The position numbers and the translations under genes were made by a program. From Candidatus Aminicenantes bacterium (GTDB lineage: Bacteria > Acidobacteriota > Aminicenantia > Aminicenantales > Saccharicenantaceae), in contig VGJC01000003.1 in assembly GCA_016867635.1 (NCBI GenBank), positions 1 through 55,785 on the forward strand: a stretch of DNA of 55,785 bases, written 5' to 3'. The first letter of the stretch is position 1. The number at the start of each line of letters is the position of its first letter. The notes beneath the pieces are model-generated. The model was not told where the DNA came from. It did not search any database and saw nothing but the letters and a program-made list of their open reading frames with translations. Positions 9,843 to 19,118 of this stretch are shown here, one piece after another.

Positions 9843-11579
9843 CTACTTTTTCAGCTTGAGCCCAAGTTCCGTGAGCTGGTCTTCGCCGACGTTGGAGGGG
9901 GAGCCGGTCATGAGGTCCAGGGCGCCCGTCGTCTTGGGAAAGGGAATGACCTCGCGGATGGATTCCTCTCCGGCCAGGAACATGACCAGCCGGTCGAAGC
10001 CGAAAGCGATCCCGCCGTGCGGCGGGGCGCCGTAACCCAGGGCGTCGAGGAAGTAGCCGAATTTTCCCTCCGTTTCCTCTTCCGTTAGGCCGAGAGCCCC
10101 GAAAACCCGGCGCTGCAGCGTCCGGTCGTGGATCCGGATCGATCCGCCGCCCAGCTCGACCCCGTTGAGGACCATATCGTAGGCCTTGGCCCGGGCTTTC
10201 CCGGGGTCGGTATCCAGGAGGGGGACGTCGTCCTCCACCGGAGAGGTGAACGGGTGGTGCATGGACACGAACCGCTTCTCCTCCTCGCTCCACTCGAAGA
10301 GCGGGAAGTCGGTGACCCAGCAGAACTTCAGGAGGTCCCGGCGTGAAGGGTCCTCCAGGGGCCAGGTCCGGCGCATCTCTCCCAGGGCCTTGAGCGCGGT
10401 CTCCTTCCGGTCCGCGATGAGCAGGGCCAGGTCAACTTCGGCGCCGCCCAGGGCGCCCCATATCCTCTCGAGGTCGGCGTCGGACATTTTGAGGGACGAC
10501 TTCCATCCGCCCTGCCTTCGGATCCAGGCGAGGCCCTTGGCCCCGAGCTCCCGGGCCTTTTCGCCGAGCTTGTCGAGCTGGCCGCGCGACAGGCTCCCGG
10601 CGCCGGGAACGAGCAGGCCTTTGATCTCCCCTCCGGCCGCGAGGGCGGCCCTCAGCGGTTCGGACCCGGTCTCCCCGGCCACGGCGGTCAGGTCGCGGAT
10701 CTCGAAGGGCGGGCGCAGGTCGGGCTTGTCCGTCCCGAATCTCTCCATGGATTCGGAATAGGGGAGGCGGGGGAACGGGCGCTCGACCCGGCGGCCGATG
10801 AGGGCGAACAGGGCTTCCATGAGCCCCTCGTTGAGGGCGAAGAAATCGTCGCGGTCGATGAAGCTCGTCTCGATGTCGATCTGGGTGAACTCGAGCTGGC
10901 GGTCGGCACGCAGGGCCTCGTCGCGGAAACAGCGGACGATCTGGAAGTAACGGTCGAAGCCGGAGACCATGAGGGTCTGCTTGAACTGCTGGGGGGACTG
11001 CGGCAGGGCGTAGAAACGGCCCTTGTGGAACCGGCTGGGCACGAGGAAGTCCCGGGCCCCTTCGGGGGTCGGGTTGGCCAGGATGGGCGTTTCGATCTCG
11101 AGGAACCCGTTGCGGCTCATATAGTTCCGCACGACGAGGGCCGCCTCGTGACGAAGTCGGATGTTGCGCTGCATCCGGGGCCGGCGCAGGTCGAGATAGC
11201 GGTACTTCAGGCGCAGCTCCTCCGAAGCCTGCGGCGGATCGGAGATGACGAACGGCGGGACCTTGGCGGCCGCGAACACCCGGAGATCGGAGGCCTCGAC
11301 CTCGACCTCGCCCGTCGGCATGTCGGGATTGACGGCCGCTCGGCGGCGGACGGTGCCGCCGATGCCGACGACGAACTCCGGCCGGAGCCTCTTGGCCTCC
11401 TCCATAAGATCGTGACGGTCGGCATGGAAGACGACCTGGGCCAGGCCCTCCCGGTCGCGGACGTCGACGAAGACGAGCTGGCCGATATCGCGCACCCTCT
11501 GGACCCAGCCGGTCAGGACGACCTCGCGGCCCTCGTGGCCCGCCCGGAGCTCCCCGCAGTAATCCGTTCTTTTCAACAT
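9843..11579 (-). CDS. aspS: Aspartate--tRNA ligase
   Basis: MLKRTDYCGEL, LKYRYLDLRR, TPEGARDFLVPSR, LPQSPQQFKQ, CFRDE, HHPF-like MHHPFT, GGGSIRIH, PPHGGIAFG.DR. Confidence 0.97.
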   Translation of the reverse strand: MLKRTDYCGELRAGHEGREVVLTGWVQRVRDIGQLVFVDVRDREGLAQVVFHADRHDLMEEAKRLRPEFVVGIGGTVRRRAAVNPDMPTGEVEVEASDLRVFAAAKVPPFVISDPPQASEELRLKYRYLDLRRPRMQRNIRLRHEAALVVRNYMSRNGFLEIETPILANPTPEGARDFLVPSRFHKGRFYALPQSPQQFKQTLMVSGFDRYFQIVRCFRDEALRADRQLEFTQIDIETSFIDRDDFFALNEGLMEALFALIGRRVERPFPRLPYSESMERFGTDKPDLRPPFEIRDLTAVAGETGSEPLRAALAAGGEIKGLLVPGAGSLSRGQLDKLGEKARELGAKGLAWIRRQGGWKSSLKMSDADLERIWGALGGAEVDLALLIADRKETALKALGEMRRTWPLEDPSRRDLLKFCWVTDFPLFEWSEEEKRFVSMHHPFTSPVEDDVPLLDTDPGKARAKAYDMVLNGVELGGGSIRIHDRTLQRRVFGALGLTEEETEGKFGYFLDALGYGAPPHGGIAFGFDRLVMFLAGEESIREVIPFPKTTGALDLMTGSPSNVGEDQLTELGLKLKK

Positions 11580-11620
11580 GGTCCCTCGATCTTCCGTTCT
11601 TTCACGGGCCGCTCCGGGCG

Positions 11621-12883
11621 TCATCCGCGGAGGGAACCCAGGAGCTCCTCGCGGGTGCCCTCGACCTGGCGGCCCGTGGCCATCTCCTTGAGCCCGAACC
11701 GGCCCTTTCTTATTTCGTCCTCCCCGACGACGAGGACCCAGGACGCCTCGAGCTTGTTGGCCCGGCCGAAATGGGCCTTCATGCCCCGGTCCTTGAACTC
11801 GACCAGGCACTCGACGCCTTCTTCCCGGAAAAAGCGGGCCAGCTCGACGGCCGTTCTCTTGGCGGCGCCTCCCAGGTAAGCGACGTAGAGAAGGCGCCTC
11901 TCCGGGAGCGGCAAGGAGACCACCGATAAAAGCCTTTCCATGCCGATGGCGAAACCGTTGCCGCAGATGTCGGGGCCGCCGAAATCCTTCATCATGTCGT
12001 CGTAGCGGCCGCCGCCGAGAAGGGCGCTCTGGGCGCCGAGCCCGGAGGAGACGAACTCGAAAGTCGTCTTGGTGTAATAGTCGAGGCCGCGGACGAGCTT
12101 GGGGTCGACGCGGATGGGGATGCCGTAGAGGCCGAGGAGGGAGAGCACCTCGGTGAAGTGATCGCGGCATTCGGCGCAGAGGAAGCCCTGGATCTCCGGG
12201 AACGAGCGGGCCGCGGACTGGCAGGCCTCGACCTTGCAGTCGAAGATCCGCAGGGGGTTGGTTTCCGCCTTCCTCCGGCAGTCGGGGCAGAGCTCGGCCG
12301 TCCGCTTCCCGGCCTCTTCGCGAAGAGCCTGGCTGTAGGCCGGCCGGCACGCGCGGCAGCCGACGGAGTTGACCAGGATCTCCTTGTCGGTCACCCCGAG
12401 CCGGCGAAGAAGGTGGTCGGCCATCCCGATGAGCTCGGCGTCGCAAGCCGGGTCCTGCTCTCCGAACACCTCGACGTCGATCTGGTGGAACTGGCGATAG
12501 CGGCCCTTCTGGGGACGGTCGTAGCGGAACATCGGGCCCATGTAGTAGAAGCGCATCGGCCGGGCCTGGAGGTCCAGCCGGTGCTCGATGATGGCCCGGG
12601 CGACCGAGGGGGTGTATTCGGGCCTCAAGGTCAGGGACCGGCCGCCCTTGTCCGTGAAGGTGTACATTTCCTTGGTGACGACGTCGGAGGTCTGGCCCGT
12701 GCCCTTTTCGAACAGCTCGGTGGCCTCGAAAACGGGGGCCCGCAGCTCTCGGTAGCCGTAGAGCTCGAAGGTCTCCCTGGCCAGGCGCTCGAGGGCCTGC
12801 CACTTCTCGACTTCCCCGGGGAGGATGTCGTGGGTTCCCTTGACGGCCGCGACTTCCTTTTTGGGGGGGGAGTCTTCGCTCAC
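11621..12883 (-). CDS. hisS: Histidine--tRNA ligase
   Basis: KGTHDILP, LRPEYT, FRYDRPQKGRYRQFHQ, LVRGLDYY, GGGRYD, GFAIGMER; GTG start overlaps the accA stop. Confidence 0.97.
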   Translation of the reverse strand: MSEDSPPKKEVAAVKGTHDILPGEVEKWQALERLARETFELYGYRELRAPVFEATELFEKGTGQTSDVVTKEMYTFTDKGGRSLTLRPEYTPSVARAIIEHRLDLQARPMRFYYMGPMFRYDRPQKGRYRQFHQIDVEVFGEQDPACDAELIGMADHLLRRLGVTDKEILVNSVGCRACRPAYSQALREEAGKRTAELCPDCRRKAETNPLRIFDCKVEACQSAARSFPEIQGFLCAECRDHFTEVLSLLGLYGIPIRVDPKLVRGLDYYTKTTFEFVSSGLGAQSALLGGGRYDDMMKDFGGPDICGNGFAIGMERLLSVVSLPLPERRLLYVAYLGGAAKRTAVELARFFREEGVECLVEFKDRGMKAHFGRANKLEASWVLVVGEDEIRKGRFGLKEMATGRQVEGTREELLGSLRG

Positions 12884-13836
12884 CTTTCCTCGAACATCCC
12901 GATCTTGCGGATCTTCCTGTACCTTTCCTCGAGGAGCTCGTCGACGGGCAGGCCCTCGAGCTTTTTGAGGGCCTGGTAGATGTGCTTGTCCACGTTCCGG
13001 AAGGTCTGTTCCGGGTCGATGTGGGCCCCGCCGGGCGGCTCGGGGATGATCTTGTCGACGATGCCGAACTCGAGCAGGGTCGTCGCCCGAAGGCCCAGGT
13101 TCTCGGCGGCCTTCTCGACCGCGTTCTGGTCCTTCCAGAGGATCGCGGCGCAGCCTTCCGGGGAGATGACGGAGTAGAAGGAGTGCTCGAGTATCATGAG
13201 CTGGTCGCCGAAGCCGATGCCCAGCCCGCCGCCGCTGCCGCCCTCTCCGATGACGACGTTGACGATGGGCGTTTTCAGGGTGGCGATCGTCTTCAGGTTG
13301 AAGGCGATGGCCTCGGCCTGGCCCCGTTCCTCGGCGCCGATGCCGGGGTAGGCGCCCGGGGTGTCGACCAGGGTGATGACCGGGAATCCGAATTTTTCGG
13401 CTTCCAGCATGACCCGCAGGGCCTTGCGGTAGCCTTCGGGATTGGCTTGGCCGAAATTCCTCTCGATGCGGGCCCGGGTCGTCCGCCCTTTCTGGTGCCC
13501 GATGACGGCCACGGTCCGGCCCTTGTAGAAGGCCAGCCCGGCGACGATGGCCGGGTCGTCGGCGAACCGCCGGTCCCCGTGCATCTCCATGAAATCCTGG
13601 AAGAGGGAAGCGATGTAATCCAGCGTGTAGGGGCGCTTGGGATGGCGGGCGATCTGAACGATGTGGGCGGTGGTCAGCTTGGGGGCGATCTTGGCCCATT
13701 CTTTCTCGATGTCCCGCCTCAGCGCCGCGATGCGGTCCTTCTTGTCGAGATCGTCGCTTTCGGCCAGGGAGTCGACTTGCTCCTTGAGGGCCAGGATGCC
13801 CTTTTCCAGAGTATAAAAGTCCACCGATCTTTCCAT
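12880..13836 (-). CDS. accA: Acetyl-CoA carboxylase carboxyltransferase alpha subunit
   Basis: ARHPKRPYTLDYI, HGDR.F.DD.AIV.G, PEGYRKALR, DTPGAYPG..AEERGQ, GEGGSGG, SVISPEGCAAILW. Start may be 13836 (ATG) or 13851 (TTG). Confidence 0.96.
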   Translation of the reverse strand: MERSVDFYTLEKGILALKEQVDSLAESDDLDKKDRIAALRRDIEKEWAKIAPKLTTAHIVQIARHPKRPYTLDYIASLFQDFMEMHGDRRFADDPAIVAGLAFYKGRTVAVIGHQKGRTTRARIERNFGQANPEGYRKALRVMLEAEKFGFPVITLVDTPGAYPGIGAEERGQAEAIAFNLKTIATLKTPIVNVVIGEGGSGGGLGIGFGDQLMILEHSFYSVISPEGCAAILWKDQNAVEKAAENLGLRATTLLEFGIVDKIIPEPPGGAHIDPEQTFRNVDKHIYQALKKLEGLPVDELLEERYRKIRKIGMFEER

Positions 13837-13903
13837 GCTCGTGTCTTTCAACAGGTAATGATACCGGGCCTATTCTAAAGGGGGGGCACGTTCAAGTCAA
13901 GAC

Positions 13904-14166
13904 GGCCTCGGGGATCGTCCTCGGTCGCTGCGGTGATTCCGGGCGCCTGCGAGGGGACCGGTCTCGGCGGCTCGCGAAACTCGCGGGATCCAGACCAGCC
14001 CTCAGGATAGCAGGCTCAGACATCGCGAGCCGTCCTCTTCGAGGATGCCCTCAACCGGCCCCCTCTCCGTCTGAATCACCGCTTTAGGCTCCTTCGGACG
14101 ATCCCCTCGGCCCTGGTTTCAGCGGAGGCCCTCGGTCGCTGCGGTGATTCCGGGCGCCTGCGAGGG
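13904..14166. repeat. ~213-bp nested-palindrome intergenic repeat, copy 1, followed by a 37-bp restart of the same unit
   Basis: Near-identical to 20897-21110 and 55662-55785. Arms GGGGATCGTCC (13910-13920)/GGACGATCCCC (14096-14106); 13919-13955 is repeated at 14130-14166. Confidence 0.95.
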
Positions 14167-14173
14167 CACCGGG

Positions 14174-14902
14174 CTATGAAGCCTTCGCTTCCCGGCGCTG
14201 GCGGACGACCTCGAAGAGGAAGACGGCCGCGGCGGCGGCCACGTTGAGGGAGTTGACCCGGCCGGCCATGGGGATGGCCAGGACCTTGTCGCAGGCCTTG
14301 CGGACGACGGGCCGAAGGCCGCGGCCCTCCGAGCCCAGGACGATGCCCACGGGAACGGTGTAATCGAAGGCGTGCCATGGTTGCCCGGCCGACCCTTCCG
14401 CGCCGACCAGCCAGATCCCCCGTTGCTTGAGGCCGTCCATGGCCCGGGCCAGGTTCGTGACCCGGGCCACCCGGAGGTGGCCGAGAGCGCCGGCCGAGAC
14501 CGTATCCACGGTTTCCGTAAGTCCCGCCGACCGGCGTTCGGGCAGGACGAGGCCGTCGGCGCCCGCCGCCTCGGCGCTCCTGACGATGGCGCCCAGGTTC
14601 TGGGGGTCCTCGACCTCGTCCAGAAGGACAAGAAAGGGCTTTTCCGATCCGGCCAGGATCTCATCGAGGGAGCAATAGGCCTTGGGGGAGACCTCGGCGA
14701 CCGCTCCCTGGTGATGCGCGGCGAGCTTGTCGAGCTGGCGGACGGGGACGAAAGACAAGGGGATGCCGCGGGCCTTGGCCTCCCGGATGACCTCGCCGAT
14801 CCGCCTCGGGCCGCGCTCCTGCTGGATGAAGATCTTGTTGACCCGCTCCGGCGAGGACCGGAGGGTCTCCAGCAGGGGGTTGAGGCGGCTGATCCTTTCC
14901 AT
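14174..14902 (-). CDS. rlmB: 23S rRNA (guanosine-2'-O)-methyltransferase RlmB (SpoU/TrmH family)
   Basis: HQGAVA, LDEVEDPQNLGAIVRSA, GSEGRGL, IPMAGRVNSLNV. Confidence 0.92.
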   Translation of the reverse strand: MERISRLNPLLETLRSSPERVNKIFIQQERGPRRIGEVIREAKARGIPLSFVPVRQLDKLAAHHQGAVAEVSPKAYCSLDEILAGSEKPFLVLLDEVEDPQNLGAIVRSAEAAGADGLVLPERRSAGLTETVDTVSAGALGHLRVARVTNLARAMDGLKQRGIWLVGAEGSAGQPWHAFDYTVPVGIVLGSEGRGLRPVVRKACDKVLAIPMAGRVNSLNVAAAAAVFLFEVVRQRREAKAS

Positions 14903-15014
14903 GGGGGCGGCGAGGCTCATTATAGAAGAAAAACCGGGGAAAACCAAAAAACCGGGTTGCCAGGACGGCCCGCGGCGACTAAAATAGTCCGAATGAGCGT
15001 TTCGGAGAATCGCC

Positions 15015-16685
15015 GTGCCGGCTAAGATCAAGATCGCGCGCCTGTGCCTCATCGTCGGAGGAGGGTTGAAGATCGCCACCGCCCTGCTCTTCCTGGTCAT
15101 CTTCGTGACCGGCGCGGTGTTCATCGGATGGGGCACCGAACGATCGGAGCTCCTGGGGAGCGCGCTCCTCGGGGCGGCGGGCCTCGCCCTCTTCGTCCTG
15201 TTCGCCGCCCTGGGCGCGGCCGACATCGTCACCGCCGACGGCATCGGGCGCGGAAAACCCTGGTCGCGCGCCATGGGGATCGCATTGGGCGCACTCGGAC
15301 TGCCTCTCTTTCCCGCAGGCACCCTGCTCGGGGCCTTTGTCCTATCCGGCCTCCTGAGCGCGGAGGGCCGTTCCTGGTTCGACCCCTCGAAGCCGTTCCC
15401 GGCCGCGTCGGCCCCCAAGCCGGCGACCATCAAGGTGAAGCTGTCCATGGCGCTGGCGGGCCTCGTTCTCCTGGCCCCATTCCTGCCGGGCTCCCAGCAG
15501 ACGGGGTTCACGGCCGAAGGTCTGAAGCAGTCGACGGCCAAGGTTTTCGTCGATTGCCATCAATGCGACATGGACTACATCCGGAGCGAGATCACCTTCG
15601 TCGACTTCGTCCGCGAGCGCAAAGCAGCGGACGTCTATATCCTGGTCACCATACAGCTCACGGGAGGCGGCGGGCGGGAGTACACGCTGGATTTCATCGG
15701 CCGGAACGGGTATTACGACATCCAGAACACCCTCAAGTACGTCTCCGACCGCGAGGACTCGAACGACGACCAGCGCCGGGGCCTGGCCCGGGTCATCAAG
15801 GTCGGGCTCGTCCCGTTCGCCGCGAGGACGGCCATGGGGGATTTCCTGGACGTCAATTTCGAGAGAAGGATCATGGGCCGGGGCACGACGGACAGCTGGG
15901 ACTCCTGGATCTTCAGCGTGGGTGTTTCCGGGAGCATGAGCGGCGAGGCGTCCCGCGACTTCGCCTCGCTCAGCGGGTATCTCTCGGCCAACCGGGTCAC
16001 GTCGCAAAACAAGTTCCGGGCGGGCCTTTCGGGCAACATCAACAGCAGCCGGTTCCAGATCGAGGACGAGACGCTCCACTCGTCGGCCGACAGCGAGAGC
16101 TTGAGCGGGCTCTATGTCGTCAGCCTGAGCGGGCGCCTGTCGGCCGGGGCCTGGCTCGCGGTCAGCTCCTCGAGCTATCACAACATCGCCCTGGCCGTGA
16201 ACCCGGCCCCGGCCGTCGAGTACAATTTCTTCCCTTACTCCATGTCCACCCGCAAGCAGCTCCGGCTCCTCTACCGGGTCGGCTTCCATTTCAACAAGTA
16301 CATGGAGGAGACGATCTACGACAAGACCAAGGAAAGCGTCATCGGGCAGACCCTGTCCATGACCCTGGAGATCAAGGAGCCCTGGGGGCACGTCAGCACT
16401 TCGCTCTCGGGGTCGAATCTGCTCAACGATTTCAGCAAGAACCGCCTGGAGTTCTGGAGCGGCGTCTCCCTCCACGTCTTCAAAGGGCTGGCCGTCAACC
16501 TCAGCGGTCAGTACTCCCGGATCCACGATCAGCTGTCCCTGCCCAAGGCCGACGCCAGCTACGAAGAGATCCTCCTCCAGCGCAAGATGCTGGCCACCAA
16601 CTACAACTACGGCCTTTCCGTCGGGATCAGCTACACCTTCGGCTCCGTCTTCAGCGGGGTCGTCAATCCCCGTTTCGGGCGCTAG
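15015..16685 (+). CDS. Hypothetical protein: N-terminal membrane helices plus probable outer-membrane beta-barrel
   Basis: The first ~140 aa are hydrophobic. A second signal-like stretch starts at ATG 15447, followed by amphipathic aromatic beta-strands ending YTFGS...NPRFGR. True start uncertain. Confidence 0.65.
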   Translation: MPAKIKIARLCLIVGGGLKIATALLFLVIFVTGAVFIGWGTERSELLGSALLGAAGLALFVLFAALGAADIVTADGIGRGKPWSRAMGIALGALGLPLFPAGTLLGAFVLSGLLSAEGRSWFDPSKPFPAASAPKPATIKVKLSMALAGLVLLAPFLPGSQQTGFTAEGLKQSTAKVFVDCHQCDMDYIRSEITFVDFVRERKAADVYILVTIQLTGGGGREYTLDFIGRNGYYDIQNTLKYVSDREDSNDDQRRGLARVIKVGLVPFAARTAMGDFLDVNFERRIMGRGTTDSWDSWIFSVGVSGSMSGEASRDFASLSGYLSANRVTSQNKFRAGLSGNINSSRFQIEDETLHSSADSESLSGLYVVSLSGRLSAGAWLAVSSSSYHNIALAVNPAPAVEYNFFPYSMSTRKQLRLLYRVGFHFNKYMEETIYDKTKESVIGQTLSMTLEIKEPWGHVSTSLSGSNLLNDFSKNRLEFWSGVSLHVFKGLAVNLSGQYSRIHDQLSLPKADASYEEILLQRKMLATNYNYGLSVGISYTFGSVFSGVVNPRFGR

Positions 16686-16770
16686 GCCGGCGGCCCGTGG
16701 CCCGGCGTTTTAATTTGCCGGCCCCGACGGCTATAATGGGTCCATCCGCTAGAACGAGAGGAGTCCCGCC

Positions 16771-17511
16771 ATGCCGGCAAGAAAGATCGTCGAGATCGAC
16801 CGCGCGAAGTGCGACGGCTGCGGCCTGTGCACGACGGCCTGCGCCGAGGGCGCCCTGGAGATCGACGGCGAGGGCAAGGCCGTCCTCGTCCGGGAGATCT
16901 TCTGCGACGGCCTGGGCGCCTGCCTCGACGTCTGCCCCAGGGATGCCCTCAAGGTCGTCGAGCGCGAGAGCGAGGAGTACGACCCGCAGGCCGCCTACCG
17001 GCACGTCCTGAAGACGCGGGGCTGCGATGCCGCCTCCCGGGTCCATGGCCTCGGCGATCGGACGGACCACGCGGTCCCCGCGGGCTGCCCCGGCAGCCTG
17101 GCCCGGGAGATATCCTCCGCCCCGGAGAGCGGGGCCGGGCCGTCCGGCCCTCAACCCTCCTGCCTGAGCCAGTGGCCCATCCAGCTCCATCTCGTCTCTC
17201 CACTCGCCCCCTATTTCCAGGGCAGCGATCTGCTCGTCGCCGCCGACTGCACGGCCTTCGCGCGGGGTGACTTCCACCAGGAGCTGCTCAAGGGCAAGAA
17301 GCTGGTCATCGCCTGCCCCAAGCTCGACGAAACGGCGGGCTACGTGGAGAAGCTGGCCGAGCTCATTCGGCGCAACGACCTCCGGTCGATCACCGTGGCC
17401 ATCATGACCGTGCCCTGCTGTTCCGGGCTCGAGCGACTGGTGCGCCAGGCCGTCGAGCTCTCGGGCCGTCCTCTCGCGGTCTCCAAGGTCGTCGTCGGTC
17501 TAGACGGATAA
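16771..17511 (+). CDS. 4Fe-4S ferredoxin-domain iron-sulfur protein
   Basis: CDGCGLCTTAC, CDGLGACLDVCP, then GCPG, QWPIQL, AADC, CPKLD and PCC motifs. Confidence 0.88.
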   Translation: MPARKIVEIDRAKCDGCGLCTTACAEGALEIDGEGKAVLVREIFCDGLGACLDVCPRDALKVVERESEEYDPQAAYRHVLKTRGCDAASRVHGLGDRTDHAVPAGCPGSLAREISSAPESGAGPSGPQPSCLSQWPIQLHLVSPLAPYFQGSDLLVAADCTAFARGDFHQELLKGKKLVIACPKLDETAGYVEKLAELIRRNDLRSITVAIMTVPCCSGLERLVRQAVELSGRPLAVSKVVVGLDG

Positions 17512-18129
17512 AGCGATCAGGAGCTGGGCCGGGAAGTAGGTGCCCAGGATGAACAGCTGGGCCGAGCCGAAATCCTTGACGAAGCGGGCGTAGGCCAGAA
17601 CGGAGTCCGAGGCCAGGAAGAGCAGGGCCCCCGAGAAGGCGGCTAATGCTTTCCACCCGCCCAGGTCGATGAACCGCGCCGCCGCGAACCAGGCCATGAC
17701 CGTGATGGCCGCGATGTAAACGAGCACCGGGAGCTTCAGCTTCCCAAGGTTCGGGGCCAGGGTCCGGAACATCAGCAGGCCGAAGACGAGATAGGGGATC
17801 AGCGTCGCACCCGAGGCGGTCTGGCCCGGCGCCGGCTTGAAGGCCAGGGCGTAGAAACCGTGGGCGAGGAGGAAACACGCGAGCCCGGCGGGGAACCACT
17901 TTCGATGGAGCAATAAGAAGACGTCGCCGGCGGACGAGGCCAGAAGGCCGGCCAGAATGAAGATCTTGTAGGGGGGCAGGGCGTCGGGCCGGACGAGGGC
18001 GACCAGGATGATCAGGGCCATCGTCCCCGGCTTGGCGAGGCGGTAGAGGGCAGGAGGCCCTTTCGTCCTGAACCGGACGGCCAGGGCCGCGCCGAGCAGC
18101 GCGAGAGCGCAGAGGGCGATCGTGAGCAT
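17500..18129 (-). CDS. YhhN/lysoplasmalogenase-family membrane protein
   Basis: KP, GDVFL, F.AGL..FL.AH..Y, GALLF..SD..L and TYFPAQ motifs; multiple TM helices. Confidence 0.85.
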   Translation of the reverse strand: MLTIALCALALLGAALAVRFRTKGPPALYRLAKPGTMALIILVALVRPDALPPYKIFILAGLLASSAGDVFLLLHRKWFPAGLACFLLAHGFYALAFKPAPGQTASGATLIPYLVFGLLMFRTLAPNLGKLKLPVLVYIAAITVMAWFAAARFIDLGGWKALAAFSGALLFLASDSVLAYARFVKDFGSAQLFILGTYFPAQLLIALSV

Positions 18130-18144
18130 GATGGGCGGGAGCGC

Positions 18145-18969
18145 TTATCCCGGCTCCCCCCTTTCCTTTCTCAAGCGCTCGCGGGCCTCTTCGAACATGG
18201 GCTCGGCGTAGGCGCTCGGCCAGGTGCGGTCCTCGAAGGACCGCTTCTCGACCATCTTCAGAAAGCCCTCGAACTCCTGGAAGTAGGAGCCGTAGATGTG
18301 GAAGCTGTCCACGAGGTCCGCGTACCTTCCAACGCGCACCGGCTTCCCGGCTTTATCCGCCACCCGGCGGGCGATCAGGCGCTGGAGGTCGGTCAGGGCG
18401 AAGACGTTCATGTAGGCGGCCTTGTAGGCGTCGCGGGACCGCCAATGGGCGTTCATGTTCAGTACGCCCCCTCCCTTCCCGTCGTCGAGGATCCGGCACC
18501 AGAGGCGCTGGAGGCAGGGCGGGTCATAGGTCGGCGGGTCGAGCCGGGGGTTCCAGGTGATGGCCTGGGCCCTGCGGGTGTGGCCCGCTTCGACGAGCTT
18601 GTCGACCAGCCCGCCGATCTGATCGATGCTCCGGCCCTCGATCTCGTAGGAGAACAGGCGCTTGTGATAGGTGTAGGTCCACTTGCCCTCCTCGGGGGCG
18701 ATCCAGTGGTCGTGGACCCCGTCGACGACCTCCTGACGGTAGATCTCGAGGTCCTCCAGCCCGCCAGGGAACGCGCGGTGGATGCGCGGCTCGGCGAACG
18801 GGTCCTCGACGGCCCAGACCATGGTGCAGTCCCGGCTCGGCGGGTCGCCGGGCTTGTCGTATTCCGTCCGCACGGGCACCCCGTGCCGCCAGCAGGCGAG
18901 GACGGCTTTTTCCCAGGCCTCGGGCAGGGTTTTCCCTTCGACGTGCAGGATGGGGATATTACCGCTCAT
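18145..18969 (-). CDS. thyA: Thymidylate synthase-family protein (short, archaeal-like ThyA)
   Basis: YTY..RL, TRRAQAITW, PPC catalytic Cys, RSRD...N, DSFHIY. Confidence 0.8.
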   Translation of the reverse strand: MSGNIPILHVEGKTLPEAWEKAVLACWRHGVPVRTEYDKPGDPPSRDCTMVWAVEDPFAEPRIHRAFPGGLEDLEIYRQEVVDGVHDHWIAPEEGKWTYTYHKRLFSYEIEGRSIDQIGGLVDKLVEAGHTRRAQAITWNPRLDPPTYDPPCLQRLWCRILDDGKGGGVLNMNAHWRSRDAYKAAYMNVFALTDLQRLIARRVADKAGKPVRVGRYADLVDSFHIYGSYFQEFEGFLKMVEKRSFEDRTWPSAYAEPMFEEARERLRKERGEPG

Positions 18970-19118
18970 GGCACCTCTCTCGTCCTTCCCGCTTTTACCA
19001 TAGGCCCCGGGGTCCGTCAATCGCCGGCCCGGCCTCCCCGCCGCCCGCGGGCTTGATTGACATTCCGGCGCCGAATCGGGGTACAATGGGGGGGTCAACG
19101 CCGCCCAGGAGGTCTCCC

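Noticed and set aside
13904-14116. Repeat as a hammerhead or other self-cleaving ribozyme (contains GAAAC)
   Set aside because: No CTGANGA core in a compatible position on either strand.
19057-19087. TTGACA...TACAAT promoter for the fatty acid-CoA ligase
   Set aside because: The spacer is 19 bp, outside the usual 16-18; plausible, but not supported well enough to list.
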